Positions 1-8,039 of a stretch of DNA of 64,000 bases are shown in pieces (within the stretch, counting starts at the first letter, position 1; the number at the start of each line of letters is the position of its first letter). The stretch lies in NCBI GenBank assembly GCA_016203765.1, contig JACQMB010000145.1, positions 1,124-65,123 of the forward strand. Direction: 5' to 3'. Source of the DNA: Deltaproteobacteria bacterium (lineage in GTDB: Bacteria; UBA10199; SPLOWO2-01-44-7). A model generated the notes under the pieces. The model was not told the DNA's origin. It ran no database searches and worked only from the letters and a program-made list of their open reading frames with translations. Both the position numbers and the translations under genes were made by a program.

Positions 1-1
1 G

Positions 2-799
2 AAAAAAGAAAGGGCAGAACTTTTGTTTGTGGGGACCGATTTTGAGATAAAGTTTATTGCTCGGCATCGGCAGATTTTAGAATCGGAAACAGGCTGTCAA
101 ATCGTTGTCAGTTCTCCCCGGGTTTCCGATGTCGCCGACGATAAATGGGAAACGCATCGGTTTCTCAAAGAAAAAGGATTTGCAACCCCTCCCTCGACCA
201 TCAGCCTGGAAGGATTGGATGATTTTATACAAGAGGTCGGCTTTCCTCTTATTGTAAAACCGAGGCGCGGTTTTCGTTCCGTAGGGGTTATGCAAGTCAA
301 CAACAGGGAGGAACTTGATTTTGCCGTGAAAAAATCTTCGTCGGAGTGGATCATCCAAAAGGCAGTTGGGTCCTCGGCGCAGGAGTATACTTGTGGCGCG
401 GTGGTTCTTCAAGGAAGGTGTCTTGGAGTTATTGTTATGCGGCGCGACCTCAGAGACGGAAATACCTATCGAGCCTACTTGGAACCTCTGCCGGCCCGCT
501 TGGAATCTTCCATTAGAGAAATGGCATTGGCGTTAAATCCTCACGGTTCAGTCAATTTCCAGGGCCGCTTGGATGGGGAGGATCTCGTTGTCTTTGAAAT
601 CAATGCTCGCTTTTCCGGAACTACGATTATTCGCGCTCTTGCCGGGTTTAATGAGGTGGAGGCAGTAGTCCGGACCTTGGTTTTAAAGGAAAAAGTTTTT
701 CTGCAAGCGAAAAAATATGGAGTGGTGTTGCGCTATTGGGAAGAATTATTTGTTCCGTGGGAAGATTACAACTCCATGGGGGCTCTTTTAAAAACATGA
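2..799 (+). CDS. ATP-grasp domain protein (5' end outside window)
   Basis: The frame is open from base 2, with no stop upstream of the TTG at 23, so the gene is truncated by the window edge. ATP-grasp hallmarks are present: DDKWETHRFLKEKGFATP, GFPLIVKPRRGFRSVGV, VVFEINARFSGTT. Confidence 0.8.
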   Translation, partial: KKERAELLFVGTDFEIKFIARHRQILESETGCQIVVSSPRVSDVADDKWETHRFLKEKGFATPPSTISLEGLDDFIQEVGFPLIVKPRRGFRSVGVMQVNNREELDFAVKKSSSEWIIQKAVGSSAQEYTCGAVVLQGRCLGVIVMRRDLRDGNTYRAYLEPLPARLESSIREMALALNPHGSVNFQGRLDGEDLVVFEINARFSGTTIIRALAGFNEVEAVVRTLVLKEKVFLQAKKYGVVLRYWEELFVPWEDYNSMGALLKT

Positions 800-1713
800 A
801 TCGTGTTTTGGTAACGGGGGCTAACGGTTTTTTTGGCCGGCATTTGGTCTCGCATCTCCTTGAGAGAGGTTATGATGTGATCGCAGGGGCGCGAAACAAA
901 GAGACGTTGGTAAAAATTTTTCCCAAAGTCATTTCTTTAAACATTCTCAATCAAGAAGAATTTCAGCATATTTCATATCCGGTCGATGTTATTATCCACG
1001 CGGCGGCACAGCGGTTGGGTCCGGAGCAAGATCCTCACTCTATTCGATCCTTGTTCAATACGAATGTTTTTGGAACACTCAACGTATTGCACTATGCCTT
1101 GGCCTTGGGCATAAAAAAAGTAATCTATTGTTCCTCTCTTTGTGTTTACACGCTCCCACAGCAGTTGCCCATTAGTGAAGAGGGGCGGACCTCTCCATTG
1201 GGGAACTTAGATAGTTATTATGGCATTTCAAAGTTGACCGGGGAACTTCTTTTGGAACAGATTCGATGTGATAAAAAATTGCATGTGACGTCCTTGCGGC
1301 TCGGACGCATTTATGGGCCGGGAGATAACTCGGGAGGTCTGTTGACGGAATGGAAAAGTAAGGCAGAGCAAGGAGAGACCATCGATGTTTATGGCAATGG
1401 GGAGCGAAGCCTCGATTTTATTTATATTGAAGACGTCGTGGAAGGGATAGAAAGTATTCTTAAAGAGGAAGGGATGGATGGCGTCATGAATTTGAGCAGT
1501 GGTGTGGAAACCACCTGGAAAACTTTGGCACAGACTTTTGTTGAAGTCTTCTCACGTCCCGAAAGGCCTTCTCTGCTCAATTACGTTTCCACGGGCAATA
1601 AAACACGTTGTTATTTGGACAATTCTAAAATAAGAAAAGCTTCGGGTTTTATCCCCCGCTATTCCTTAAAAGAAGGGTTTTTGGCCTGGAAGGAAAATTT
1701 AAAAAAAAGCTAA
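796..1713 (+). CDS. NAD-dependent sugar epimerase/dehydratase (extended SDR)
   Basis: The ATG at 796 overlaps the upstream stop (ATGA). It has the Rossmann motif VLVTGANGFFGRHL and the catalytic YGISK (YxxxK). The ORF-track start at 736 looks like an over-extension. Confidence 0.85.
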   Translation: MNRVLVTGANGFFGRHLVSHLLERGYDVIAGARNKETLVKIFPKVISLNILNQEEFQHISYPVDVIIHAAAQRLGPEQDPHSIRSLFNTNVFGTLNVLHYALALGIKKVIYCSSLCVYTLPQQLPISEEGRTSPLGNLDSYYGISKLTGELLLEQIRCDKKLHVTSLRLGRIYGPGDNSGGLLTEWKSKAEQGETIDVYGNGERSLDFIYIEDVVEGIESILKEEGMDGVMNLSSGVETTWKTLAQTFVEVFSRPERPSLLNYVSTGNKTRCYLDNSKIRKASGFIPRYSLKEGFLAWKENLKKS

Positions 1714-1722
1714 TCCTCGCTT

Positions 1723-2616
1723 GTGAAAAACAGAAGAATTATAGCTCGATTGGATATCAAGGGCCCGAACCTGGTTAAGGGGATTCAATTTGATGGTAAT
1801 CGGGCCTTGGGATTGTCCGAGGATTTTGCTTACCTTTATTATCAAGAGGGCGCCGACGAAATGATTTTTTACGATACGGTCGCCAGTTTGTATCGGAGGA
1901 ATAATTTAATCGAATTTGTGACGGCCGTTTCCAAACATATCTTTGTGCCGCTGACGGTCTCTGGCGGTATCCGCAATGTGGAGGATGTGCAAAAAATCCT
2001 GCGGGCCGGTGCGGATAAGGTGGCGATTAACACCGCGGCCATTGCCAACACTTCCTTGATAAAAATTTCGGCCGAAGCCTTCGGCTCTCAATGCGTCCTT
2101 GCTGGGATTGAAGCTAAACGGAAGGAAAATGGGGATTATGAGGCATGGGTTGATTACGGCCGCGAGCCGACGGGTGTTAATGTTGTGGAATGGGCGCAGA
2201 GAGTTGTTGACTTTGGAGCGGGGGAAATTCTTTTGACATCTATTGACCGGGAGGGAACCGGCAATGGATATGATCTCGAACTAACGGCGCGGGTTGCTCA
2301 AAGTGTTCCAGTCCCGGTTATTGCCTCGGGAGGTGCGGGTCGCAAGAGCCACGTTTTAGATGTTATTCATGAGGGGCGAGCGGATGCCGTCGCCGTTGCT
2401 TCCATGTTCCATTATTATTACGCAAAACCGTTGCAGAGAATGTATTCCTCGACCAATGCCGATGGGTTGCGTTTGGGCGCTCAAATTGACGAGGGAAATT
2501 TGGAATTTCTCAATGCACGTTATGGCGGGATTTTGGAGAGACGTTTTGATCCTATTTCTGTTAAAGGGCTTAAGAGTTTTCTCGCCGGGTCAGGAATACA
2601 GTGCAGGAATATGTGA
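1723..2616 (+). CDS. hisF: HisF-like imidazole glycerol phosphate synthase cyclase-subunit homologue (glycan-cluster paralogue)
   Basis: GTG start. HisF barrel signatures are present: IARLDIKGPNLVKGIQF, PLTVSGGIRNVEDVQKILRAGADKVAINTAA, IASGGAG. It sits next to hisH-like and WbpG-like genes. Confidence 0.85.
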   Translation: MKNRRIIARLDIKGPNLVKGIQFDGNRALGLSEDFAYLYYQEGADEMIFYDTVASLYRRNNLIEFVTAVSKHIFVPLTVSGGIRNVEDVQKILRAGADKVAINTAAIANTSLIKISAEAFGSQCVLAGIEAKRKENGDYEAWVDYGREPTGVNVVEWAQRVVDFGAGEILLTSIDREGTGNGYDLELTARVAQSVPVPVIASGGAGRKSHVLDVIHEGRADAVAVASMFHYYYAKPLQRMYSSTNADGLRLGAQIDEGNLEFLNARYGGILERRFDPISVKGLKSFLAGSGIQCRNM

Positions 2617-2632
2617 TGCCCTAGGTTGCCGT

Positions 2633-3274
2633 ATGAATAAACCGCCAACCATCGTTATTATTGATTATGGTTGTGGGAATTTATTCAGTATCCAGCGCGC
2701 TTTAACGGAACTGGATGTTCCATCAACCATCAGCAGGAATCCGGATGAAATTGCCAAGGCAGATAAAATTATTCTGCCTGGAGTAGGGGCCTTTGGAAAG
2801 GGGATGGAAAATATCCGGCGATTCGGTTTGTTGGAAGTTCTCGGTGCTTTTGTCGCATCCGGCCGTCCCGTTTTGGGCATTTGTCTTGGAATGCAGTTGT
2901 TGATGCGTGCATCGCATGAATTCGGTTATCACGAGGGGCTTCATTGGATTCCCGGGCAAGTGACCAAACTGAGGCCGGGACAACCGGGAGAGGAAACCGT
3001 TAAAATTCCTCATGTCGGTTGGAGCCCGGTTAATTTTAACTCAAATAACGACGGCCTATTTCATCGGTTACAAAACGGAACCTATATGTATTTCCTTCAT
3101 TCCTACTTTGTAACTACAGAGAACCCAATGTGTGGCATCGCGACGACAACGTATGGAAACAATGTTTTTTGTTCAGCCTGTTGCAAGGAAAATATCGTTG
3201 GCGTTCAGTTTCATCCGGAAATCAGCGGACCATCGGGGTTGCGGTTATTGCAAAATTTTGTCTTTTTAAAATGA
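2633..3274 (+). CDS. hisH: HisH-like class I glutamine amidotransferase subunit
   Basis: I used the internal ATG at 2633; the part of ORF 2360-3274 upstream of it overlaps the hisF-like gene and has odd composition. Motifs: VIIDYGCGNLFSIQRAL, GICLGMQLL (nucleophile Cys), GVQFHPE. Confidence 0.85.
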   Translation: MNKPPTIVIIDYGCGNLFSIQRALTELDVPSTISRNPDEIAKADKIILPGVGAFGKGMENIRRFGLLEVLGAFVASGRPVLGICLGMQLLMRASHEFGYHEGLHWIPGQVTKLRPGQPGEETVKIPHVGWSPVNFNSNNDGLFHRLQNGTYMYFLHSYFVTTENPMCGIATTTYGNNVFCSACCKENIVGVQFHPEISGPSGLRLLQNFVFLK

Positions 3275-3304
3275 ACAAAGAAAGAAAGGGGCGATAGAAG
3301 GGGG

Positions 3305-4519
3305 ATGCAGACATTTGACAGACAATTGTCGAAACTTCCCAAGGAAGTGCGGTTTTGCCGCAATTGTGTGGTTTCCAACCAAAGACCGCGCACCGAATTT
3401 AATGATCAGGGGATTTGCAATGCATGCCAATGGTCCTACGAGAAAGATCATGTTGTCGATTGGAAAAAAAGGGAACGCGAACTCCAGGATATTTGTAATC
3501 GTTATCGAAGCTCGGATGGCAGTTTTGACGTTGTCGTTCCTTGTTCCGGGGGAAAAGACAGCGCTTTTGTCGCCCATCAATTAAAATACCGCTACGGAAT
3601 GCATCCGTTGTGCGTTACGTGGTCTCCATTTGAGTATACGGAAATTGGCTGGGAAAATTTAAAAAATTTCACTCGTTCGGGTTTTAATAACATCCTGGGG
3701 CAACCCGATCAATGTATCCACCGCCGTCTCTCTAAACTCTGTTTTGAGTTGCTGGGGGATCCTTGGCAGCCTTTTACTTTTGGTCAAAAATTTTGGGCAT
3801 TTCATATTGCGCACAAATTCAAAATCCCGCTTATCTTTTACGGAGAAAACGGAGAGGTCGAATACGGCGGTTCGATGAAATACAAAAACTTGCCCAAGGA
3901 AAATCCGCATGATTTTGTCGAACACTATTTTAAGGGAATAACGGTGGATAATATCGTTGAAGTCGGACTGGAGCGGGGAATTTTTAAAAAGGCGGAGATC
4001 AAACCCCACACTTTTCAACTTTATAAGCCTCCGCCGCTTGACGAAGTCGTGAAGAGCGGCATTGAAATGCATTGGTACTCCTATTACAGCAAGTGGGTCC
4101 CCCAAGAAAATTTTTATTATGCCGTTGAAAATACCGGTTTTAAAACAAATCCGGCGGGCCGTTCGGAAGGGACATATACCAAATATGCTTCTTTGGATGA
4201 CAAGCTCGATGGGTTTCACTGGTACATGAGCTATATGAAGTTCGGTATGGGGCGGGCCAGCCGGGATGTCCAGCAAGACATACGAAGACATCATATTACC
4301 CGTGAAGAGGGGGTGGCGTTAGTGCAGCGATATGACGGGGAATTCCCTCAAATCTATTATGAATGGTTCAAAGACTACTGTCAGATCGACGACGGTTATT
4401 TTTGGGGCGTCTGCGATTTTTATCGCGGGATGTCCAATATTTGGTCCAAAGAGAATGGAAAGTGGGTTCTGAAAGCCGTTGTGCAAAATTTGGATGGGGA
4501 CTTTTTCAAATCCATATAA
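3305..4519 (+). CDS. N-acetyl sugar amidotransferase (WbpG/PseA/WbuX family, PP-loop)
   Basis: It has a Cys-rich N-terminus (CRNCVVSNQRP...GICNACQW) followed by the PP-loop VVVPCSGGKDSAF. It lies directly downstream of the HisF/HisH homologues, as in known acetamidino-sugar loci. Confidence 0.85.
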   Translation: MQTFDRQLSKLPKEVRFCRNCVVSNQRPRTEFNDQGICNACQWSYEKDHVVDWKKRERELQDICNRYRSSDGSFDVVVPCSGGKDSAFVAHQLKYRYGMHPLCVTWSPFEYTEIGWENLKNFTRSGFNNILGQPDQCIHRRLSKLCFELLGDPWQPFTFGQKFWAFHIAHKFKIPLIFYGENGEVEYGGSMKYKNLPKENPHDFVEHYFKGITVDNIVEVGLERGIFKKAEIKPHTFQLYKPPPLDEVVKSGIEMHWYSYYSKWVPQENFYYAVENTGFKTNPAGRSEGTYTKYASLDDKLDGFHWYMSYMKFGMGRASRDVQQDIRRHHITREEGVALVQRYDGEFPQIYYEWFKDYCQIDDGYFWGVCDFYRGMSNIWSKENGKWVLKAVVQNLDGDFFKSI

Positions 4520-5501
4520 AGTCGCAGTCGTCGGCACGGGCAGTATGGGCTTGCGTCATCTGTCCCTTTTAAAAGAAATAAAAGGGGTTATGCCGATCGC
4601 CATTCCGAAAAGAAATGACCGGAGGGTTGAACTGAATTCACAGGGATTTCAAACAGCCGCTTCCCTAAAACAGGCAGCCGAGGAAGGAACCAATCTGGCC
4701 ATTATTGCTTCCAACACCGGCCAGCATGCCGCGGATGCCCTCGAAGCGCTGGAATGCGGGATGGATCTTTTGGTGGAAAAACCGTTAAGTGTGGATGCCG
4801 AAAGCGCCCGGAGCGTTTACGAAGGTTCTAAGAGAAGGAATAAAAAATTGTTTGTCGGTTGCGTATTGCGTTGTTCGACGTCCCTCCAAACCTTCCGGGA
4901 ATGGCTTCCTAGGATCGGCAAGGTCTATGCCGTGACAGTCGAATGCCAATCTTTTTTGCCCACTTGGAGACCGAACCATCCCTATCGGCAATCCTATTCG
5001 GCCAAAACGGAAGAGGGGGGGGTGTTGCGCGATTTGATTCATGAAATTGATTACGCCACCTGGATTTTTGGGTTTCCGGAAAAGATCCAAGCGCACTTGA
5101 AAAATACCGGCCGCCTCTCCATTGAGGCTGAGGAATTCGCCCGGCTTTGGTGGGAAACAAAAGGGGGTGTCTCCGTTTCCGTGTGCCTCGATTATTTATC
5201 CAAAATTCCCAGAAGGCATGTGACCGCTTTCGGGGAAAAAGGAAATTTGGAATGGGATGGTCTGGTTCGCAAAACATCTGTTGCCATCTCGGATTATCCA
5301 AAAGAAGAGAGGGTGGAGCCGGACTTGTCCGCGATATACAAAACGCAGTTGGAAGAGTGGCTTGAGGCTTGCCGAACGCAGAATCGCGCGACTTGGTTGG
5401 CCACCGGCCTGGAAGGGATCCGGGTCTTGAGCATTTGTGATGCCGCTCGCTTGGCCTCCGAAACAAGGCGGGAGGAAACCGTCTCTTATTTGCACGGATG
5501 A
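4494..5501 (+). CDS. Gfo/Idh/MocA family oxidoreductase
   Basis: Motifs are KVAVVGTGSMGLRHL (Rossmann) and LLVEKPLS (EKP motif). The start is ambiguous (TTG 4479 or ATG 4494), and either one overlaps the upstream gene. Confidence 0.8.
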   Translation: MGTFSNPYKVAVVGTGSMGLRHLSLLKEIKGVMPIAIPKRNDRRVELNSQGFQTAASLKQAAEEGTNLAIIASNTGQHAADALEALECGMDLLVEKPLSVDAESARSVYEGSKRRNKKLFVGCVLRCSTSLQTFREWLPRIGKVYAVTVECQSFLPTWRPNHPYRQSYSAKTEEGGVLRDLIHEIDYATWIFGFPEKIQAHLKNTGRLSIEAEEFARLWWETKGGVSVSVCLDYLSKIPRRHVTAFGEKGNLEWDGLVRKTSVAISDYPKEERVEPDLSAIYKTQLEEWLEACRTQNRATWLATGLEGIRVLSICDAARLASETRREETVSYLHG

Positions 5502-6232
5502 GAAAAAATCCAAAAATGTTGGCTTTGATCCCCGCCCGTGGTGGTTCCAAGGGACTCCCCGGGAAAAATATCCTCCCCTTTTCCGGTCATCCTTTGATCG
5601 CTCATTCCATTTTTATGGCAAAAATGTGTCCTTTGATATCACGCATTGTTATCAGTACCGATGATCCCAAAATCGCGGAGATAGCCAGTGACTACGGTGC
5701 GGAGGTGCCATTTTTGCGGCCCAGGGAATTGGCAAAAGATGAAACACCGATGTGGCCGGTGGTGCGCCATGCCTTGCAAACCGTGGAGGGGAAAAATGGC
5801 GAACAATATGAGTATTTATTATTGCTCGATCCCACCTCTCCCGGCCGGATTCCGGAAGACGTTGAAAAGGCTTTTGAGCGTTTGCAAGCGGAAAAAAGGG
5901 CCGACGGCATTATCGGCGTTTCACGGCCCTCCTTCAATCCCATTTGGCATTGTGTGGTTGAAAAAGAGGGCTGGATGTCACGCCTGATGGAAGAGGGTCA
6001 CCGTTATCACCGCCGTCAAGACGTTCCATCGGTCTATCGGATCAACGCCTCCCTTTATATTTGGAGAAGAGATTTTATTTACGCCTGTGAAAGCGAATGG
6101 ACCAAAAAGGGGCGTTTTTTGATTCATGAAATTCCGGAATCGAGGGCCATTCACATTGATGATCTTCATGAATTTAAAGTGGCCGAACTGTTAGTGAAAA
6201 AAAATCTGATCATCCTCCCCTGGATTCGGTAA
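5498..6232 (+). CDS. neuA: Acylneuraminate cytidylyltransferase family (CMP-nonulosonate synthetase)
   Basis: Motifs are LALIPARGGSKGLPGKN, ISTDD and LLLDPTSPGR. The ATG at 5498 overlaps the upstream stop (ATGA); an alternative ATG lies at 5516. Confidence 0.85.
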   Translation: MRKNPKMLALIPARGGSKGLPGKNILPFSGHPLIAHSIFMAKMCPLISRIVISTDDPKIAEIASDYGAEVPFLRPRELAKDETPMWPVVRHALQTVEGKNGEQYEYLLLLDPTSPGRIPEDVEKAFERLQAEKRADGIIGVSRPSFNPIWHCVVEKEGWMSRLMEEGHRYHRRQDVPSVYRINASLYIWRRDFIYACESEWTKKGRFLIHEIPESRAIHIDDLHEFKVAELLVKKNLIILPWIR

Positions 6233-6233
6233 T

Positions 6234-6992
6234 ATGAAAACATTAAATGAACTCATGCGGTTGGATGGCAGACGGGCCCTCGTCATGGGAGGAAGCGGAC
6301 ATATTGGCCGGGTCGCTTGCGAAACACTCAAAGAATTGGGAGCCAGGGTTGCCGTTTTGGACGCGCAGCCGTCTGACGGATTATTTTTCCCTTGTGATTT
6401 AAAAGACGAGGCGGCGACAAGAAAAACAATCCGTTATGCCATTCATGAATTGAAAGGACTGGATATTTTAATTCATCTCGCGGCTTACGTCGGGACCACA
6501 AAAATTCCAGGCTGGGCCGTTCCCTTTGAGAAACAAACCGTTCAGGCCTGGGAGGAAGCGTTAAAAGTGAATCTCACATCCGTTTTTGTCGGCGTTCAGG
6601 AAAGCCGGGAGGATCTTCAAACATCCGCGCATGGTTCCGTTGTTTTGTTTTCGTCTATTTACGGAATAATTGGCCCGGACTTCCGGCTTTATGAGGGGAC
6701 GGAAATGGCCAACCCCGCCGCCTACAACGCTTCCAAAGGGGGCATTTTGCAGATGACAAAATATTTTGCGACTTTGTTGGCGCCCAAGGTGCGCGTGAAT
6801 GCCATTTCACCCGGCGGCATCCATCGAAATCAGCCCAATGCTTTCGTGGAGAGATATCGGCAAAAAACGCCTCTGGGCCGCATGGGAAGAGAGGAAGATT
6901 TGAAAGGGGCCGTCGCCTATTTAGTCGGTGATTTGTCGTGTTATGTGACTGGCCACAATTTGGTGATTGATGGAGGATTCAGCATATGGTGA
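6234..6992 (+). CDS. Short-chain dehydrogenase/reductase (SDR)
   Basis: It has the cofactor loop ALVMGGSGHIGRV, the catalytic YNASKGG and a C-terminal GHNLVIDGG. Confidence 0.8.
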   Translation: MKTLNELMRLDGRRALVMGGSGHIGRVACETLKELGARVAVLDAQPSDGLFFPCDLKDEAATRKTIRYAIHELKGLDILIHLAAYVGTTKIPGWAVPFEKQTVQAWEEALKVNLTSVFVGVQESREDLQTSAHGSVVLFSSIYGIIGPDFRLYEGTEMANPAAYNASKGGILQMTKYFATLLAPKVRVNAISPGGIHRNQPNAFVERYRQKTPLGRMGREEDLKGAVAYLVGDLSCYVTGHNLVIDGGFSIW

Positions 6993-8038
6993 AAGAAGTC
7001 GTCATTCAAAATCGAAAAATGGGCCAGGGTCATCCCTGTTTTATCATTGCCGAAGCCGGAGTGAACCATAACGGCGACGTTAAAATGGCCAAAAAATTGA
7101 TTGATGCGGCCGCCCATGCCGGCGCCGACGCGGTCAAATTTCAGACTTTTAGGGCCGATAACGTGGTGACATCGGATGCACCTAAGGCCCAATACCAGAT
7201 TCGAGCGACCGGGCGTCAGGAATCCCAACTGGAGATGCTGAAAAAATTGGAGCTTCCTTTGGAGGCCTTTCAGGAATTGCAGAATTATTGTCTCCAAAAA
7301 GGGATTCTTTTCATGTCCACCCCTTTCGACGAAGATTGCGCCGATTTTTTGGATGAGATGGGCATGCCGGTTTTCAAAATCCCTTCGGGGGAGTTGACAA
7401 ACGCCTTTTTTGTCGCTCACGTGGCCGAGAAAAAAAAACCACTGATTGTTTCAACCGGCATGGCAACGCTCGAAGAAGTGGACGCGGCTGTCAGAATAAT
7501 TTTGGATGCCAATAATACAAAATTCGTTTTACTGCACTGCGTGAGCAGTTACCCTGCCGATCCCGGAGATGTGAATCTCCGCGCGATGGATGCGCTACGA
7601 AAATTTTTCAAAGTGCCTGTCGGATTTTCAGACCATACGCGGGGGATCGAGGTAGCCTTGGCGGCAGTAGCCATGGGAGCTTGCGTTTTGGAGAAACATT
7701 TTACCCTGTGCAGAAGGATGTCGGGTCCTGATCATCAGGTTTCTCTTGAGCCGGATGAGTTGATGCAATTAGTAAAAGGAATCCGAACCGTCGAAATGGC
7801 TTTTGGGAACGGATTAAAACAACCCTGTGAAGCAGAGATCGATACTGCCAAAGTGGCCAGAAGGAGCCTTGTTGCGAACAGAGATATTGCAAAGGGGTCC
7901 CGCCTCGCATTGGAATGGGTAGCTATCAAGAGGCCGGGTACCGGTTTGGCTCCAGCCATTCTTCCCAGGCTGGTGGGACTTCAGGTGAAATCGGATATCC
8001 AAGCCGGCTCTTTTTTGACTTTGGAGATGTTTGAATAA
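6986..8038 (+). CDS. neuB: N-acetylneuraminate synthase family enzyme (NeuB/PseI/LegI-type nonulosonate synthase)
   Basis: It has PCFIIAEAGVNHNGDVKMAKKLIDAAAHAGADAVKFQTF, STPFDE and a C-terminal SAF-like segment (IAKGSRLALEWVAIKRPG). Confidence 0.9.
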   Translation: MVKEVVIQNRKMGQGHPCFIIAEAGVNHNGDVKMAKKLIDAAAHAGADAVKFQTFRADNVVTSDAPKAQYQIRATGRQESQLEMLKKLELPLEAFQELQNYCLQKGILFMSTPFDEDCADFLDEMGMPVFKIPSGELTNAFFVAHVAEKKKPLIVSTGMATLEEVDAAVRIILDANNTKFVLLHCVSSYPADPGDVNLRAMDALRKFFKVPVGFSDHTRGIEVALAAVAMGACVLEKHFTLCRRMSGPDHQVSLEPDELMQLVKGIRTVEMAFGNGLKQPCEAEIDTAKVARRSLVANRDIAKGSRLALEWVAIKRPGTGLAPAILPRLVGLQVKSDIQAGSFLTLEMFE

Positions 8039-8039
8039 C

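Noticed and set aside
2360-2632. N-terminal extensions of ORF-track ORFs. Examples are 2360-2632, 32033-32134, 27634-27774, 28458-28541, 12200-12277, 13941-14015, 33861-33911, 56766-56921, 60154-60255, 43704-43874, 47706-47774, 49454-49525, 50038-50106, 53690-53821 and 54447-54464.
   Set aside because: The extensions overlap the preceding gene's coding region, have atypical composition and precede the conserved N-terminal motifs. Internal starts give compact ATGA/TAATG junctions or have better RBSs.
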